Shown in pieces: positions 48,897 through 59,155 of a stretch of 64,000 bases of DNA. A program made the position numbers and the translations under genes. Each line of letters opens with the position of its first letter. Position 1 is the stretch's first letter. The notes under the pieces are model-generated. The model saw only the letters and a program-made list of their open reading frames with translations. It was not told the origin of the DNA and did not search any database. This DNA comes from a candidate division FCPU426 bacterium (GTDB taxonomy: Bacteria; Oederibacteriota; Muellerivitia; Muellerivitales; Muellerivitaceae): positions 310,580-374,579 of the forward strand of contig CAVTWJ010000009.1 of assembly GCA_963738405.1 (NCBI GenBank), in the 5' to 3' direction.

Positions 48897-51074
48897 TTAC
48901 CGCAAGAGCCCAAAAGCCCCATTGGGGATGATTCCCTCCATGGAAGCCCCCGGTTGGGTCCAAGTCAGGTTCAGGGACCATGGATAGGAACGGTTGGGGT
49001 TCACATATTGAACCATGAGGGTGTGAGGCCCCGCCCGCAGATAACAATCCGCCTCATCCTCGTCCCAATTGATTTGTTTTTTTCCGTCCAAAAAGAGCGC
49101 GGCCTTGGCCCATGTGCGCAGACCAAAGCCGTAGGTGCCGGTTTGGGGGATTTGCAGGGTGCCTTTCCAAATAATCAGGCAGGAAAGCCGAGGAAAACCC
49201 CCGATGTTGGAAAAGTTGATCAGAGGATCTTGGTGCACCCAAGGCGGGGAGGAACCGTCGAGGGAATCGCCGTAGTAAAAGCCGGTGAGGCCCCGGGGTA
49301 CCAGTTGGCCGGGAGTGAGCCCCTTACGCTGGGCCAACCGATCCAGGGGAACGAGGTAAAGCCGCATCGCCGTTTCACCGGACGGGGAAAGGAGTTTTTC
49401 CACCTTGCCCCCCGGATAGAGCCTTTGGAGAAGGTTCCAGAGACCTTCCCGTCCGTCCTCGATGAAAAAACCCTTTCCCAGGCCCGGCTGGTCCGCATCG
49501 GCGGACAGATCCTCGGGAACCTTCAAGACATGGATGTGATCCCTATGGAAATAAGAAAGAAACCGCAGGGTGTCCACCTGGAAATAGTAGGGTGAAAAAT
49601 AAAGGCTGTAATTTCCGCCGTATTGGGCGGTTTTTTCCCCAACGAAGGTTTCTTGGGTGTCGTAACCCGAGAAGGTCGCCGCGTCGCCGGCTTGGCGGTT
49701 GAAGTAGAGGTCGAAATTTTGAAAGGTAATGAAGGTCAGGGCTAAAGCGGCGAAGGGGAAAAGGAAAATTTTGTATTTAAACCCCGCCGCCCATTCCCAA
49801 AGGGAGCTAAGGGGCAGGGCGGCCAGGAGGGCCACCAGGGGGGTCAAGGCCAGCAATCGGTTGGCGTGGGGCGCTTCCAGGGAAAGGACACCCGACAGGC
49901 TCAAGACGCACAGCCCCGAGAGGGCGAAAAAGGAAACTTTTTTCCAGGGCGAGAAGAGGCACATCACGAAGCCGAATAAGAACAAGATTCCCGTGCCGTC
50001 ATCCAGCATGCGATGGTCGGGAAGGTTGTGGCGGGAGATGGCGTCCCCCTTCCAATGAAACATGAGCGCGGTTTTCTGGAGGTTGGCCCAAAGCGGGTTC
50101 CCGGTTTGCCCCGGTTGTGTTTTTGAAAAGATCGAAACGTTCGCTTCCCGGGAGCCCGGCCCCATTTGCAGGAGGCTATGCCAGACGAAAGGAAGAGAAA
50201 GAAGGCCCGCGATCATCACGAAACTCAAAAGGGATTTTCGGTGGAGTCGAAGCATCTTGGGGTGTTGAAGGGCCCCATAGAGGCCCAATAAGAAGAGCCA
50301 AAGGGGAAAGGCCTTATAGGCCTGGTAGGTGTAAAACCCCAGACTGAAAAAGATAGCGGATAGATGAAAGGCCCAACGCTTTCCGGTTCTGAGTCCCAAA
50401 AGCAGAAAAGCCAGGGTGCCGAATATATAGAATGGAACCTCAATCGTGGGAAAGCCGTTCCGGCTGAAGTTGACGTTCCAACGCATGACCGCCAGAAAAA
50501 ATAGAGCACAAAGGGCGGTACGGGGTCCCGAGAGCTCACGGAGGGTCCAATAGACCAGGGGCAGGGTCGCCAGGGAAAGAACCGCGAAAAACAAATAAAA
50601 GGTGAAACGGCCTGCCGGAAAGACCGCGAACCACCCCGCCAATTGGTAAAGCAATAGAGCGGGATTCTGGAAGACGTTGAATTCCCAAATGGGGCGAAAA
50701 CCCTCATGCAGGATGCGCAGGGCGGACCAGCCCATGAAACCCTGGTCGATAAAGAGGCCCGAGGGCAGGTTGTTGAGCCGGTAAAGCCTGAAAAAAGCCG
50801 CCAGGGTCATGATGAGAGTAAAAAGGATCCATTCCGTTTTGGAAGGAAGGGTTTTCGGGGTGAGGCGGGAAGAAAGCAGGGCCCAAGCGAACAGGAAGGC
50901 GGCGGTGCCATAACGAATCCATAACAAAAGGTCGGGGTTTTTAGGCGATTGAATGATCGAAAGCTGGGCCAGCACCCCCAGGCCGAGCGCAACGATGATC
51001 AGGATAGGGGACCAAGGAGGAACAAGGGCCGGGAGAAATGATTTTTGTTTAGGTGTCGATTTCTTTCTTGGCAT
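48897..51074 (-). CDS. GT-C (PMT/ArnT-like) glycosyltransferase with a C-terminal PA14 domain
   Basis: FRLYRL...P.GL..D.G, FSRNG, many TMs; GLTGFYY..DP.INF..WKG.L..P.TG.Y.F. Confidence 0.78.
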   Translation of the reverse strand: MPRKKSTPKQKSFLPALVPPWSPILIIVALGLGVLAQLSIIQSPKNPDLLLWIRYGTAAFLFAWALLSSRLTPKTLPSKTEWILFTLIMTLAAFFRLYRLNNLPSGLFIDQGFMGWSALRILHEGFRPIWEFNVFQNPALLLYQLAGWFAVFPAGRFTFYLFFAVLSLATLPLVYWTLRELSGPRTALCALFFLAVMRWNVNFSRNGFPTIEVPFYIFGTLAFLLLGLRTGKRWAFHLSAIFFSLGFYTYQAYKAFPLWLFLLGLYGALQHPKMLRLHRKSLLSFVMIAGLLSLPFVWHSLLQMGPGSREANVSIFSKTQPGQTGNPLWANLQKTALMFHWKGDAISRHNLPDHRMLDDGTGILFLFGFVMCLFSPWKKVSFFALSGLCVLSLSGVLSLEAPHANRLLALTPLVALLAALPLSSLWEWAAGFKYKIFLFPFAALALTFITFQNFDLYFNRQAGDAATFSGYDTQETFVGEKTAQYGGNYSLYFSPYYFQVDTLRFLSYFHRDHIHVLKVPEDLSADADQPGLGKGFFIEDGREGLWNLLQRLYPGGKVEKLLSPSGETAMRLYLVPLDRLAQRKGLTPGQLVPRGLTGFYYGDSLDGSSPPWVHQDPLINFSNIGGFPRLSCLIIWKGTLQIPQTGTYGFGLRTWAKAALFLDGKKQINWDEDEADCYLRAGPHTLMVQYVNPNRSYPWSLNLTWTQPGASMEGIIPNGAFGLLR

Positions 51075-51312
51075 ACCTTTGGAAAATAACAGTCTTCGAA
51101 GGGCTTGTCCAAGGCAAACTGGATTCTTCGGGCTAGGCTGACCCCGCAAACCATGAAAAGATCCGCCCCAATCACCCAAAACCACCGCCTGTTGGAAGTG
51201 GCTGGGCTCTTGCGGGATGGATCCTCTCTTTGCTTTTCAAATGGCCGGCTAACCTAATGGATATTTTCACGGCGCTCATCACCCCAGCCCCTTCCTCCCT
51301 TACAATAAGTTC

Positions 51313-53445
51313 ATGAAGCTTTCCAAACTTATCCTCGGCGGACCCTTTTTTTTTCTATTGTTATGGATTTTATGGGTGGTTTGGCTGACCGCCCATTATT
51401 TCTGGCATGCGGCCTTTCTAGGCCAAGGTTTTGGAGAAATATTCTTCGGGGATTTGCGGGAGGCCAGGCTTTCCCCGGCCCTATCGACTTTTTTCTCACT
51501 GCTGAAGACCCTTCTTTTAGACCTGGCTTTCCTTTTGATTTTTTGGGTCTGGGGCCGCCGAACGGGAAAGTTTTTGGGTTTCAAAGCCTCAAGCTCCATG
51601 GGCCTCCTATTGGAAACCGCTTTAGGGATGGCTTGGGCCCAGCTTTTCTGGGTCGGCTTGGGGCTCAACCGGCTTTGGGACGAAAAACTAATCTTTCCAT
51701 TAGGGCTTTTGATTCTGGGGGTGGCCCTTTGGGACTTGGCACAAGCCTTTCTAAAAAAATCGACGGATGATTTACCACCAAGACTCCAAGACTCCAAGGA
51801 AGACATAACTCTTTGGGAAACCATTAAAAACCTTACCGTTTTTAATTGGATTCTCGGTAGCTTTTGTTTGTTGGTAGCGCTCTTTTCCCTCGGGCAGGCG
51901 GCCCTGCCGGATGTTTATTTCGACAGCCTGACATACCACCTCTATGCCCTGAACAACTGGGACCAAGCTCACGGCATCGCGAATTTATCCACCAACCTCT
52001 ACACGGCCTTTCCCTTCGGCGGGGAAATGGATTTTTTTGGGGTCTTCCATTGGGGGTCCAGCGAAGCGGTGAAGGGTTTGAATGTTTTGATTCTCATCCT
52101 AACGGCCTTGGCGGCCGGTGCCTGGGCCCGGGAAGAAGACGGAAATAACGCGGGCTTTTTGGCGGCGGGGCTGGTTTTGGGTTTTCCCCTGGTGGTCACG
52201 GGGGCCTGGAGCGCCCAGGTGGATGTGTTGCAGGCTTTTTTCATCGTTCTCTTTTATTACACGCTCTCGAAGGGCAAGGGAACCCCGTCTTCTTTTTGGA
52301 TGGCGGGTGTATTGGCGGGCGCGATTTTAGCCGTCAAATACACAGCGCTTTTAAGTTTAGGAGTGGGCCTTCTGGTTTGGGGCACGGGCCTTGTTCCCTC
52401 CATCAAGAAAAGACCTTCCCTCCTTTGGGGTTGGATCATCCCACCGCTTGTTTTATTTCTCCCCTGGCTTTTGAAGAACTGGGCTTATACCGCCAACCCT
52501 CTCTACCCCTATTTCGGTTCTTGGTTTTCCGGTCTCGGCTTGCCCCCGGAAAGGATGTCCCAGTTGATGAGGGACCATGTTCAAGCTTTCTCCTCCGGCG
52601 AGACCCTGCCCCTTTGGGTTCAAAGGGTGTTCACCCGGGATTTGGATAAAACGATCGCCCCCATCTTGTTTTCTTTTTTACCCCTGCTTTTTCTCGGGCG
52701 GGGGATCAAAAACCAGAACCTGAAAATTTTAACCGTCGGGGGGCTTTCCCTCCTTTTAAGCCTGGCGGTGACGCACCAATTGCGCTTAGGGCTTGGGGCC
52801 TTGATCGTTTGTTTCGTGGGTATGGGTCTTTTTGTTGAAGGGCTTCGGGATCAATGGTTTCGGAAAGGTTTTAAAGCGGCCTTGATTGTTTTCTTCATCC
52901 TTAATTTCATGTCCGTGATTCGATTGGGGGTTCTCTATTACGGCGATACCCTGGTTTGGGGCGGGGAAGAAACCCGGCAGGAATATTTGACCCTCAGGCC
53001 TCAGACGCTCACTTATTTTCCCCTGGCCCAAGATTGTTCCAAATGGTTTACCCCGAACGATAAGCTGTTGGTGGCGGGGGACGCACGGGGCCTCTATTAC
53101 CCGGTGCCGGTGGTAACCAACAGTGTGTTTGACGATCAAGTGATGGAGCGCCTGGCTCGTGAGAGTTCAAATGGGGATGAAATCGCCCTTGGGCTCAAGG
53201 AGATAGGGGTGACAGGCCTGGTGGTCTTGAGGATTGAGGGGATGCGCCTTTCCTCCGACTATGACCCCTATCCGATGGACGAGGCGGCCTGGACGCGCTT
53301 GGATGATTTTATCCAACACCACACTCGCTTGATGGAAATGACCCGCTTGGGGGGGATCTATCGGTTTTCGCCTGACTCCCTGCCGAAACAAGCGCCCGTT
53401 AGCGACCTTTTTCAATGTTTCAAGACCCCTTCGGGCCCTTTATAA
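51313..53445 (+). CDS. GT-C-fold polytopic membrane protein
   Basis: DSLTYHL, KY, PWLLKNW.YT.NPLYP; more than 10 TMs. Confidence 0.65.
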   Translation: MKLSKLILGGPFFFLLLWILWVVWLTAHYFWHAAFLGQGFGEIFFGDLREARLSPALSTFFSLLKTLLLDLAFLLIFWVWGRRTGKFLGFKASSSMGLLLETALGMAWAQLFWVGLGLNRLWDEKLIFPLGLLILGVALWDLAQAFLKKSTDDLPPRLQDSKEDITLWETIKNLTVFNWILGSFCLLVALFSLGQAALPDVYFDSLTYHLYALNNWDQAHGIANLSTNLYTAFPFGGEMDFFGVFHWGSSEAVKGLNVLILILTALAAGAWAREEDGNNAGFLAAGLVLGFPLVVTGAWSAQVDVLQAFFIVLFYYTLSKGKGTPSSFWMAGVLAGAILAVKYTALLSLGVGLLVWGTGLVPSIKKRPSLLWGWIIPPLVLFLPWLLKNWAYTANPLYPYFGSWFSGLGLPPERMSQLMRDHVQAFSSGETLPLWVQRVFTRDLDKTIAPILFSFLPLLFLGRGIKNQNLKILTVGGLSLLLSLAVTHQLRLGLGALIVCFVGMGLFVEGLRDQWFRKGFKAALIVFFILNFMSVIRLGVLYYGDTLVWGGEETRQEYLTLRPQTLTYFPLAQDCSKWFTPNDKLLVAGDARGLYYPVPVVTNSVFDDQVMERLARESSNGDEIALGLKEIGVTGLVVLRIEGMRLSSDYDPYPMDEAAWTRLDDFIQHHTRLMEMTRLGGIYRFSPDSLPKQAPVSDLFQCFKTPSGPL

Positions 53446-53508
53446 AACATCCCCGCCCCCACTCTCTTGTTAAAATATCCCCGCTTTATTCCATAGCTGG
53501 AGGCATCC

Positions 53509-54870
53509 ATGGCCGCATCCCTGGTGGTGATCATCCTCGCGGCGGGCGAGGGGACCCGCATGAATTCCCAAATCCCCAAAGTGCTTCACGAAGTGGCGGG
53601 CTGGCCCATGATCGATTACGTCCTGGCCAATGCCCGCGTGGTAACGCCTCAAACCATCTACGCGGTCGTGGGCGCCCATGCGGATGCGGTCGTCCAGCAT
53701 CTGGGCAAGGGAGTGGTGCCGGTGCTTCAAAAGGAACGCTTAGGCACCGGGCACGCGGTGATGGGCGTGGCCTCCAAACTGAAAAATTTCACTGGGAATG
53801 TTTTGGTATTAAGCGGGGACAACTGTATGGTGCGGTCCCAGACATTGCTTGCTTTGCGGCAGTTTCACCGTTTAAAGGCGGGGGCCGCCACCCTTTTGAC
53901 GGCCCGGGTGGAAAACCCTTACGGTTACGGCCGGATCGTGAGGGGTCGCGAGGGTGATGTGGAACGCATCGTCGAGGAAAAAGACGCCAGTGAGAATCAA
54001 AGGCGCATCAACGAGATTAATGCCGGAGTTTATCTTTTCAAAGCCCCTGACCTCCTCAAAGCCCTGCAGGGTTTGAAACCTAATAACGCCAAGGGCGAAT
54101 ATTATTTGACCGACACCATCCCAGGGATTCTTCAAGGCGGAGGAAAGGTCGAGGCCCTCATGGTTCCGGACCGTTCGGAGGTTTTGGGCATCAACGACCG
54201 GGCTCAATTGTCCCAAGCCCACCGTACGCTCAACCTGCGCCGGGTGGAAGAACACCAGCGGGAAGGTGTGACTTTTACGGGCCCCCAGGGGGTCGAGATC
54301 GGCCCGGAAGTTAAAATTGGGCGGGATACGATCATCGAAATGGGTGTCACCCTATCGGGCGCCACCGTCATTGGGGAGAACTGCCGAATCGAGAGGGGAA
54401 GCGTGGTTCATGCCTCTATCCTGGGTAAGGGTGTGGTGGTGAAATCCTCCCGTGTCATGGAAAGCCGCCTGGGGGATGGATGCGATGCCGGCCCCTTCGC
54501 CCATGTGCGGGGTGGAAGTATCCTCGGCAAAAAGGTGCATGTGGGCACGAATACCGAACTGAAGGCCGCCAAGATGGGCGATGGCTCCAAAGCGGGGCAT
54601 TTTTCCTACGTCGGCGACGCGGTGCTGGGCAAGAACGTGAACGTGGGGGCCGGCTGCGTCTTCGCCAATTACGACGGAAAGAAAAAACACCCATGCAAAA
54701 TCGGGGACGGGGCCTTTTTGGGGAGCAACTCCACCCTTGTGGCGCCAGTGACCATCGGAGCCGGTGCGGTGATTGGAGCCGGCGCGGTGGTTACCAAAAA
54801 TGTAGGACCCAAGGTGGTGGTGGCGGGAGTACCCGCCAAGCCCCTGGTCAAAAAGCCAAAGAAGGCTTGA
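53509..54870 (+). CDS. glmU: bifunctional UDP-GlcNAc pyrophosphorylase/acetyltransferase
   Basis: LAAGEGTRM.S..PKVLH, GYGRI, EYYLTD, hexapeptide repeats, NYDG. Confidence 0.97.
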   Translation: MAASLVVIILAAGEGTRMNSQIPKVLHEVAGWPMIDYVLANARVVTPQTIYAVVGAHADAVVQHLGKGVVPVLQKERLGTGHAVMGVASKLKNFTGNVLVLSGDNCMVRSQTLLALRQFHRLKAGAATLLTARVENPYGYGRIVRGREGDVERIVEEKDASENQRRINEINAGVYLFKAPDLLKALQGLKPNNAKGEYYLTDTIPGILQGGGKVEALMVPDRSEVLGINDRAQLSQAHRTLNLRRVEEHQREGVTFTGPQGVEIGPEVKIGRDTIIEMGVTLSGATVIGENCRIERGSVVHASILGKGVVVKSSRVMESRLGDGCDAGPFAHVRGGSILGKKVHVGTNTELKAAKMGDGSKAGHFSYVGDAVLGKNVNVGAGCVFANYDGKKKHPCKIGDGAFLGSNSTLVAPVTIGAGAVIGAGAVVTKNVGPKVVVAGVPAKPLVKKPKKA

Positions 54871-55104
54871 GGGTTTTCCGTTCATCGACATCTTTTTCTC
54901 TTGGTTCTTACGGGGGTTTTTCTTAACATAAACCCCCTTTGTGAATTCGATGTAAATTGAACTTGCTGAAAAAGTCCCTAGAACAGACTTTTTCAGCCGA
55001 CTACATTTTTGGTTACCCCACGATTCCTGCGGAATCTTTGGGGTAAGAGGCTGCTAGGTCGCTCTGTTAAGTTTTTTGCAGCCTCTAAAAATTAAGGAGA
55101 ACGC

Positions 55105-56073
55105 ATGGCCAGAACGGCGGGGACGAACGGCATCAAAATTTTCACGGGGACTGCCAACCCCGAACTGGCGAAAAGCATCTCCGAGAACCTCAAGACTCCC
55201 TTGGGCGACATCATGGTGAGCCGTTTTTCCGAGGGCGAAATCCGTGTCAAGATTAACGAGGACGTCCGGGGCCGGGACGTATTTATCATCCAGCCCACCT
55301 GCCCGCCGGTGAACGATAATGTGGTGGAACTTCTCATCATGCTCGATGCCTTCAGGCGTGCCAGCGCCCGGCGCATCACGGCCGTCCTCCCCTACTACGG
55401 CTACGCCCGGCAGGACCGCAAGGATCAGCCTCGGGTGCCCATCACCGCCAAGCTCATGGCCAATATCATCACCGAGGCGGGGGCCGATCGGGTTCTCACC
55501 ATGGACCTCCACGCCCAGCAGATTCAGGGCTTCTTCGACATTCCGGTGGATCACCTTTACGCCTTCCCGGTCATCGTTTCTTATATACGTCAGAAGAAGT
55601 TGAAGGATCTCACCATCGTCTCCCCCGACGTGGGCGGCATCAAAATGGCCCGGGCCTACGCCAAGGGCCTGGACGCGGAACTAGCCATTGTGGACAAGCG
55701 CCGCATGGGCCCAGATGAGGTAGAGGCGATGAACCTGATCGGCGATGTTCGGGGAAAAACGGTTTTGATTCCCGACGACATGATCGCCACCGCCGGTTCC
55801 TTGGCGGAGGCCGTGAACGCCCTGATGAAATTCGGTGCGAAAGAAATATACGCCTGCTGTACCCACGCGATTTTGTCGGGGAATGCGGTGGAAAAGATCG
55901 AAAATTCCGTCTTGAAAGAAGTAGTCGTTACGGATACCATTCCCCTTCCCCCGGAGAAGCGAATCGGTAAAATCAAGGTTCTTCCGGTGGCTCCCCTTTT
56001 GGGGGAGGCGATCCTCCGAATCCACAACGAAGAATCCATCAGTTCCTTGTTCGACGATTTAGGATCCAACTAA
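55105..56073 (+). CDS. prs: ribose-phosphate pyrophosphokinase
   Basis: FSEGE, YARQDRK, DLHAQQIQGFF, SPDVGG, DDMIATAG. Confidence 0.98.
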   Translation: MARTAGTNGIKIFTGTANPELAKSISENLKTPLGDIMVSRFSEGEIRVKINEDVRGRDVFIIQPTCPPVNDNVVELLIMLDAFRRASARRITAVLPYYGYARQDRKDQPRVPITAKLMANIITEAGADRVLTMDLHAQQIQGFFDIPVDHLYAFPVIVSYIRQKKLKDLTIVSPDVGGIKMARAYAKGLDAELAIVDKRRMGPDEVEAMNLIGDVRGKTVLIPDDMIATAGSLAEAVNALMKFGAKEIYACCTHAILSGNAVEKIENSVLKEVVVTDTIPLPPEKRIGKIKVLPVAPLLGEAILRIHNEESISSLFDDLGSN

Positions 56074-56150
56074 ACCACACACACAAAGAAACTTGCGATA
56101 CGTAACCGCTGTGCACGCGCGGATACGCCCCAAGAAGGAGCCGTAAAGAA

Positions 56151-56867
56151 ATGAAACAGGTACCGTTGTCAGCGAAGGTCAGGACCATTCGAGGCAGCAG
56201 CCGGTCGCGCCGTTTGCGCCATACCGGGTTCGTTCCCGCCGAGATCTATGGCCACAAGGAAACCAACCAATCCGTCGAGGTGAGTGAGAAAGAACTGACC
56301 AAGATCCTTCAGACCACCCGCGGAGAGAACATCTTCTTTTCCGTGAATGTCGAGGGAAAGGCCGGTGAGCCGGTTTTGGCCGTCATCAAGGAAATTCAGT
56401 ACGACAAGACCTCCAACGCGATCTTGCACGCGGACTTTCACAAGGTCAACATGAGCGAAAAGATCCGCATCAAGGTGCCCCTTCGCATCGTGAATGCGGA
56501 AACCTGTATCGGCGTCAAGAACGCCGGGACCCTCCAGGTCACCATGCGCACGCTGGAAGTGCAGTGTCTGCCCGCGCAGATCCCCGAGCATATCGACGTG
56601 GATGTGATCACCCTGGATATCAATCAGTCGCTGCACGTTTCGGACCTGAAACTGCCCGAAGGCTTGAAGCCGACTCAAAGCCTGGGCAACGTGGTGGCTT
56701 CCGTGGCCGAGCAGATGGCCGAGGAAGTTAAAGCCGTGGTCGCTCCCGTCGAGGGTGCGCCGACAGCTCCTGTCGCCGGCGAACCGGAAGTTCTCACCGC
56801 CAAGAAACCCGCCGAGGGCGAAGCCGAAGCCAAGCCTGGCGATAAGAAAGCGGCCGATAAGAAATAA
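56151..56867 (+). CDS. rplY: 50S ribosomal protein L25 (long, Ctc-type)
   Basis: RRLR..G.VPA.IYG, HADF, IPEHI.VD. Confidence 0.95.
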   Translation: MKQVPLSAKVRTIRGSSRSRRLRHTGFVPAEIYGHKETNQSVEVSEKELTKILQTTRGENIFFSVNVEGKAGEPVLAVIKEIQYDKTSNAILHADFHKVNMSEKIRIKVPLRIVNAETCIGVKNAGTLQVTMRTLEVQCLPAQIPEHIDVDVITLDINQSLHVSDLKLPEGLKPTQSLGNVVASVAEQMAEEVKAVVAPVEGAPTAPVAGEPEVLTAKKPAEGEAEAKPGDKKAADKK

Positions 56868-56896
56868 ATCGTTTTTTAAACGTTGGGTCGTTCTTG

Positions 56897-56933
56897 ACGC
56901 GGAAGGCGGGCGAAAGCCTCCTTCCGCGTTTTT
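56897..56933 (+). terminator. terminator after rplY
   Basis: ACGCGGAAGG..CCTTCCGCGT plus T-tract. Confidence 0.75.
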
Positions 56934-57005
56934 GTTACAGCAAATGTCGTTTGCTGAAAAATTTTGATGATGGATTTTCAGCTGGATGCAGAGCGGGAGT
57001 TTTTC

Positions 57006-57578
57006 ATGGCTAAAGAAACTTGGATCGTGGCCGGTTTGGGAAACCCCGGCGAAAACTACCGCAACACCCGCCATAACGTGGGGTTCCGGGTGGTCGAGGC
57101 CTTGGCCGTGAAGCATAACGCCCGGCTGAAAGAAAAGGGCAAGGCCATCTTCGGCTCCATCCACCTTTTCGATAAGGAAGTCGTCCTCTTTTTTCCACAG
57201 ACCTTTATGAATGATTCGGGCGAGGCCCTTGGGCCCTATGTGAATTACTACCAAGTTCCTTTAAACCAAGTGCTGGTGATTTCAGACGATTTAGACCTTC
57301 CCGTAGGAAAGACCCGGCTCAAAACATCGGGCGGCTCGGGCGGGCACCATGGATTGGATTCGGTTATCGCCCATTTGGGCTCCAGGGATTTCCCCCGTTT
57401 GCGCTTAGGAGTCGGCAAGCCCCCTTCGGCCGAGGCAGGGCCCGATCATGTTTTGTCCGGGTTTAAACCCGAGGAAAAACCCCTGATTGACGCGGCGGTT
57501 GAGCGTGCCCGGGACGGTGTGGAGATATTTTTGGATAAGGGTGCCGACGCGGCTATGAGAGAAATGAATAAAGATTAA
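57006..57578 (+). CDS. pth: peptidyl-tRNA hydrolase
   Basis: GLGNPG..Y..TRHNVGF, TFMN.SG, DDLDL, GGHHG, RLRLGVG. Confidence 0.97.
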   Translation: MAKETWIVAGLGNPGENYRNTRHNVGFRVVEALAVKHNARLKEKGKAIFGSIHLFDKEVVLFFPQTFMNDSGEALGPYVNYYQVPLNQVLVISDDLDLPVGKTRLKTSGGSGGHHGLDSVIAHLGSRDFPRLRLGVGKPPSAEAGPDHVLSGFKPEEKPLIDAAVERARDGVEIFLDKGADAAMREMNKD

Positions 57579-57595
57579 TCCAATAGCTTTGAAGA

Positions 57596-59155
57596 TTATT
57601 TCATCTTAAACACATAACAAAGGGGCGCACCTTCCCGTTCGATGACGAGAACGACCTTGAAAGGATTCCCTCGTTTGTCCTTGCCGTCCCGCGTAGTTGA
57701 AATGTAATAGTCCGCATCCTTTAAGTTGTCCGTCCATTTCATCTGGTCGTTGAAATAGGGAAGGACCTGGTAAGAGTTTCCGCTGGAGTTAATCTGGTAA
57801 ATCTTCTTCGGGTCCGATAGACCGTTCTTTTTCACCCATTCCACAGCCTCTTTGTTACTTGCTCCCCAATAGTCGTTGTCGAATTTTCCGACTGATCCTT
57901 TTAAACCCCCTGTGAGTCCATTGAAATAAATGTATTCGTAAGGATGCAGGTGAATCATACATACTCCTATCCAGCCCAGATTCAATAGGACCAAGCCAAA
58001 CAACACAATTCGGAGGGCTCGAGGCGCGGGCTCGTGGAACCAGGCAGCTGCCGAAAGGGCGGCAAGGGCCGCCAAGATGGGCAAGATAAAGAGAAAATGT
58101 CGTAAGCCGTCGTATACAACGGGGTGGAATAAAACCACCAGGCCCGCGTTGACTCCCAGCGCGCAAACCAGGAGTACAACTAATTCGTTTTGAATGAAAC
58201 GTCCCGCGAAACGCGCCGAGGCGACCAATAAAAGCATGATTCCCAAGGGGGTGGTGATAGTCAGCCAGACAGGCAGATAGGTAAGTGGCAACTGGGTCGC
58301 CATTATTTGCTTGCCCTCGAATAGAACGGGATTATTCCAGAAAAAGTTCTTTGAAACTTGAAAGGCTTCTAAAAGATGGGTGAAGTAGTTGCCCCCCAGG
58401 TAGGGCCAGGTCGCGATCATCATGAAGTTGGAGACGATAAAAATCGAAGCCAGCAATAGCCCGGTTTCCTTGAGGTGCCGAACCCAATGTTTCCACCGCT
58501 GTTTTCCGTGGTGGTAGAAAAGGTGGAAGTCATAAAGGATAAACACCAGATAAAGCGAAAATCCGAGGGTGCGGGTGCATTGGGCCAAGCCGAAGAGGAA
58601 TCCTAAAACCAAAGCCTGGGTTAAAAGAGGGGTCGTGGGCCTGCGGGAAAGAAAAGTGTGGATGCCCGCCAATGCCAAAAAGTAAGCGGTGGCAAAGGGC
58701 ACATCCTTGGGGTTTCCTGGGATCTCCCCCGTAAAGCGGGGCGTTAGGTAGAGAAATACCGGTCCCAACGCGGCCGCCCAGGGGTTTCCGGTGGCGGCTA
58801 GAAGCATTTCAAAGAGCACAACAAAAAGCGGAAGGGCGGCTAACAGGTTCAGTAGGTGGTAAAAATCCAGGCTACCCGATGGGTTCAACCACCCCAAGGC
58901 CATGCCGTAAAGATGGTCGTAAATCACCAACCCGTCATCGGGGGCGCTTTTGACGAGCATTCCGGGGACGTCGTCGTGAATCAGATGGTGCCCTAGGGCC
59001 ATGCCCCGGACATAAACACTCGGCTCATCGAAGGTGGTTCCGAAATCAAGGAAGGTTCCAAAACTCCAGCAAAGGTAGAGAAGTATGAATAAAAGCAGGG
59101 GAAACCTGCGGTGGAAAAATGAGGTCATGTCGAATCCGCTCCCGGGTCTTTTCAT
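57596..59155 (-). CDS. GT-C (ArnT/PMT-like) glycosyltransferase
   Basis: DFG.TFDE, NPKDVPF, YDGLRHFLF, HPYEY.YFN, DYWG. Confidence 0.75.
   Translation of the reverse strand: MKRPGSGFDMTSFFHRRFPLLLFILLYLCWSFGTFLDFGTTFDEPSVYVRGMALGHHLIHDDVPGMLVKSAPDDGLVIYDHLYGMALGWLNPSGSLDFYHLLNLLAALPLFVVLFEMLLAATGNPWAAALGPVFLYLTPRFTGEIPGNPKDVPFATAYFLALAGIHTFLSRRPTTPLLTQALVLGFLFGLAQCTRTLGFSLYLVFILYDFHLFYHHGKQRWKHWVRHLKETGLLLASIFIVSNFMMIATWPYLGGNYFTHLLEAFQVSKNFFWNNPVLFEGKQIMATQLPLTYLPVWLTITTPLGIMLLLVASARFAGRFIQNELVVLLVCALGVNAGLVVLFHPVVYDGLRHFLFILPILAALAALSAAAWFHEPAPRALRIVLFGLVLLNLGWIGVCMIHLHPYEYIYFNGLTGGLKGSVGKFDNDYWGASNKEAVEWVKKNGLSDPKKIYQINSSGNSYQVLPYFNDQMKWTDNLKDADYYISTTRDGKDKRGNPFKVVLVIEREGAPLCYVFKMK

Noticed and set aside
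25051..53508. Intact prophage, ICE or integrative island at tRNA-Gln
   Set aside because: No integrase, phage, conjugation or transposase genes and no distal att repeat were seen.
56101..56127. Hairpin upstream of rplY as an L25 leader
   Set aside because: A single short stem is not enough to assign without covariation data.
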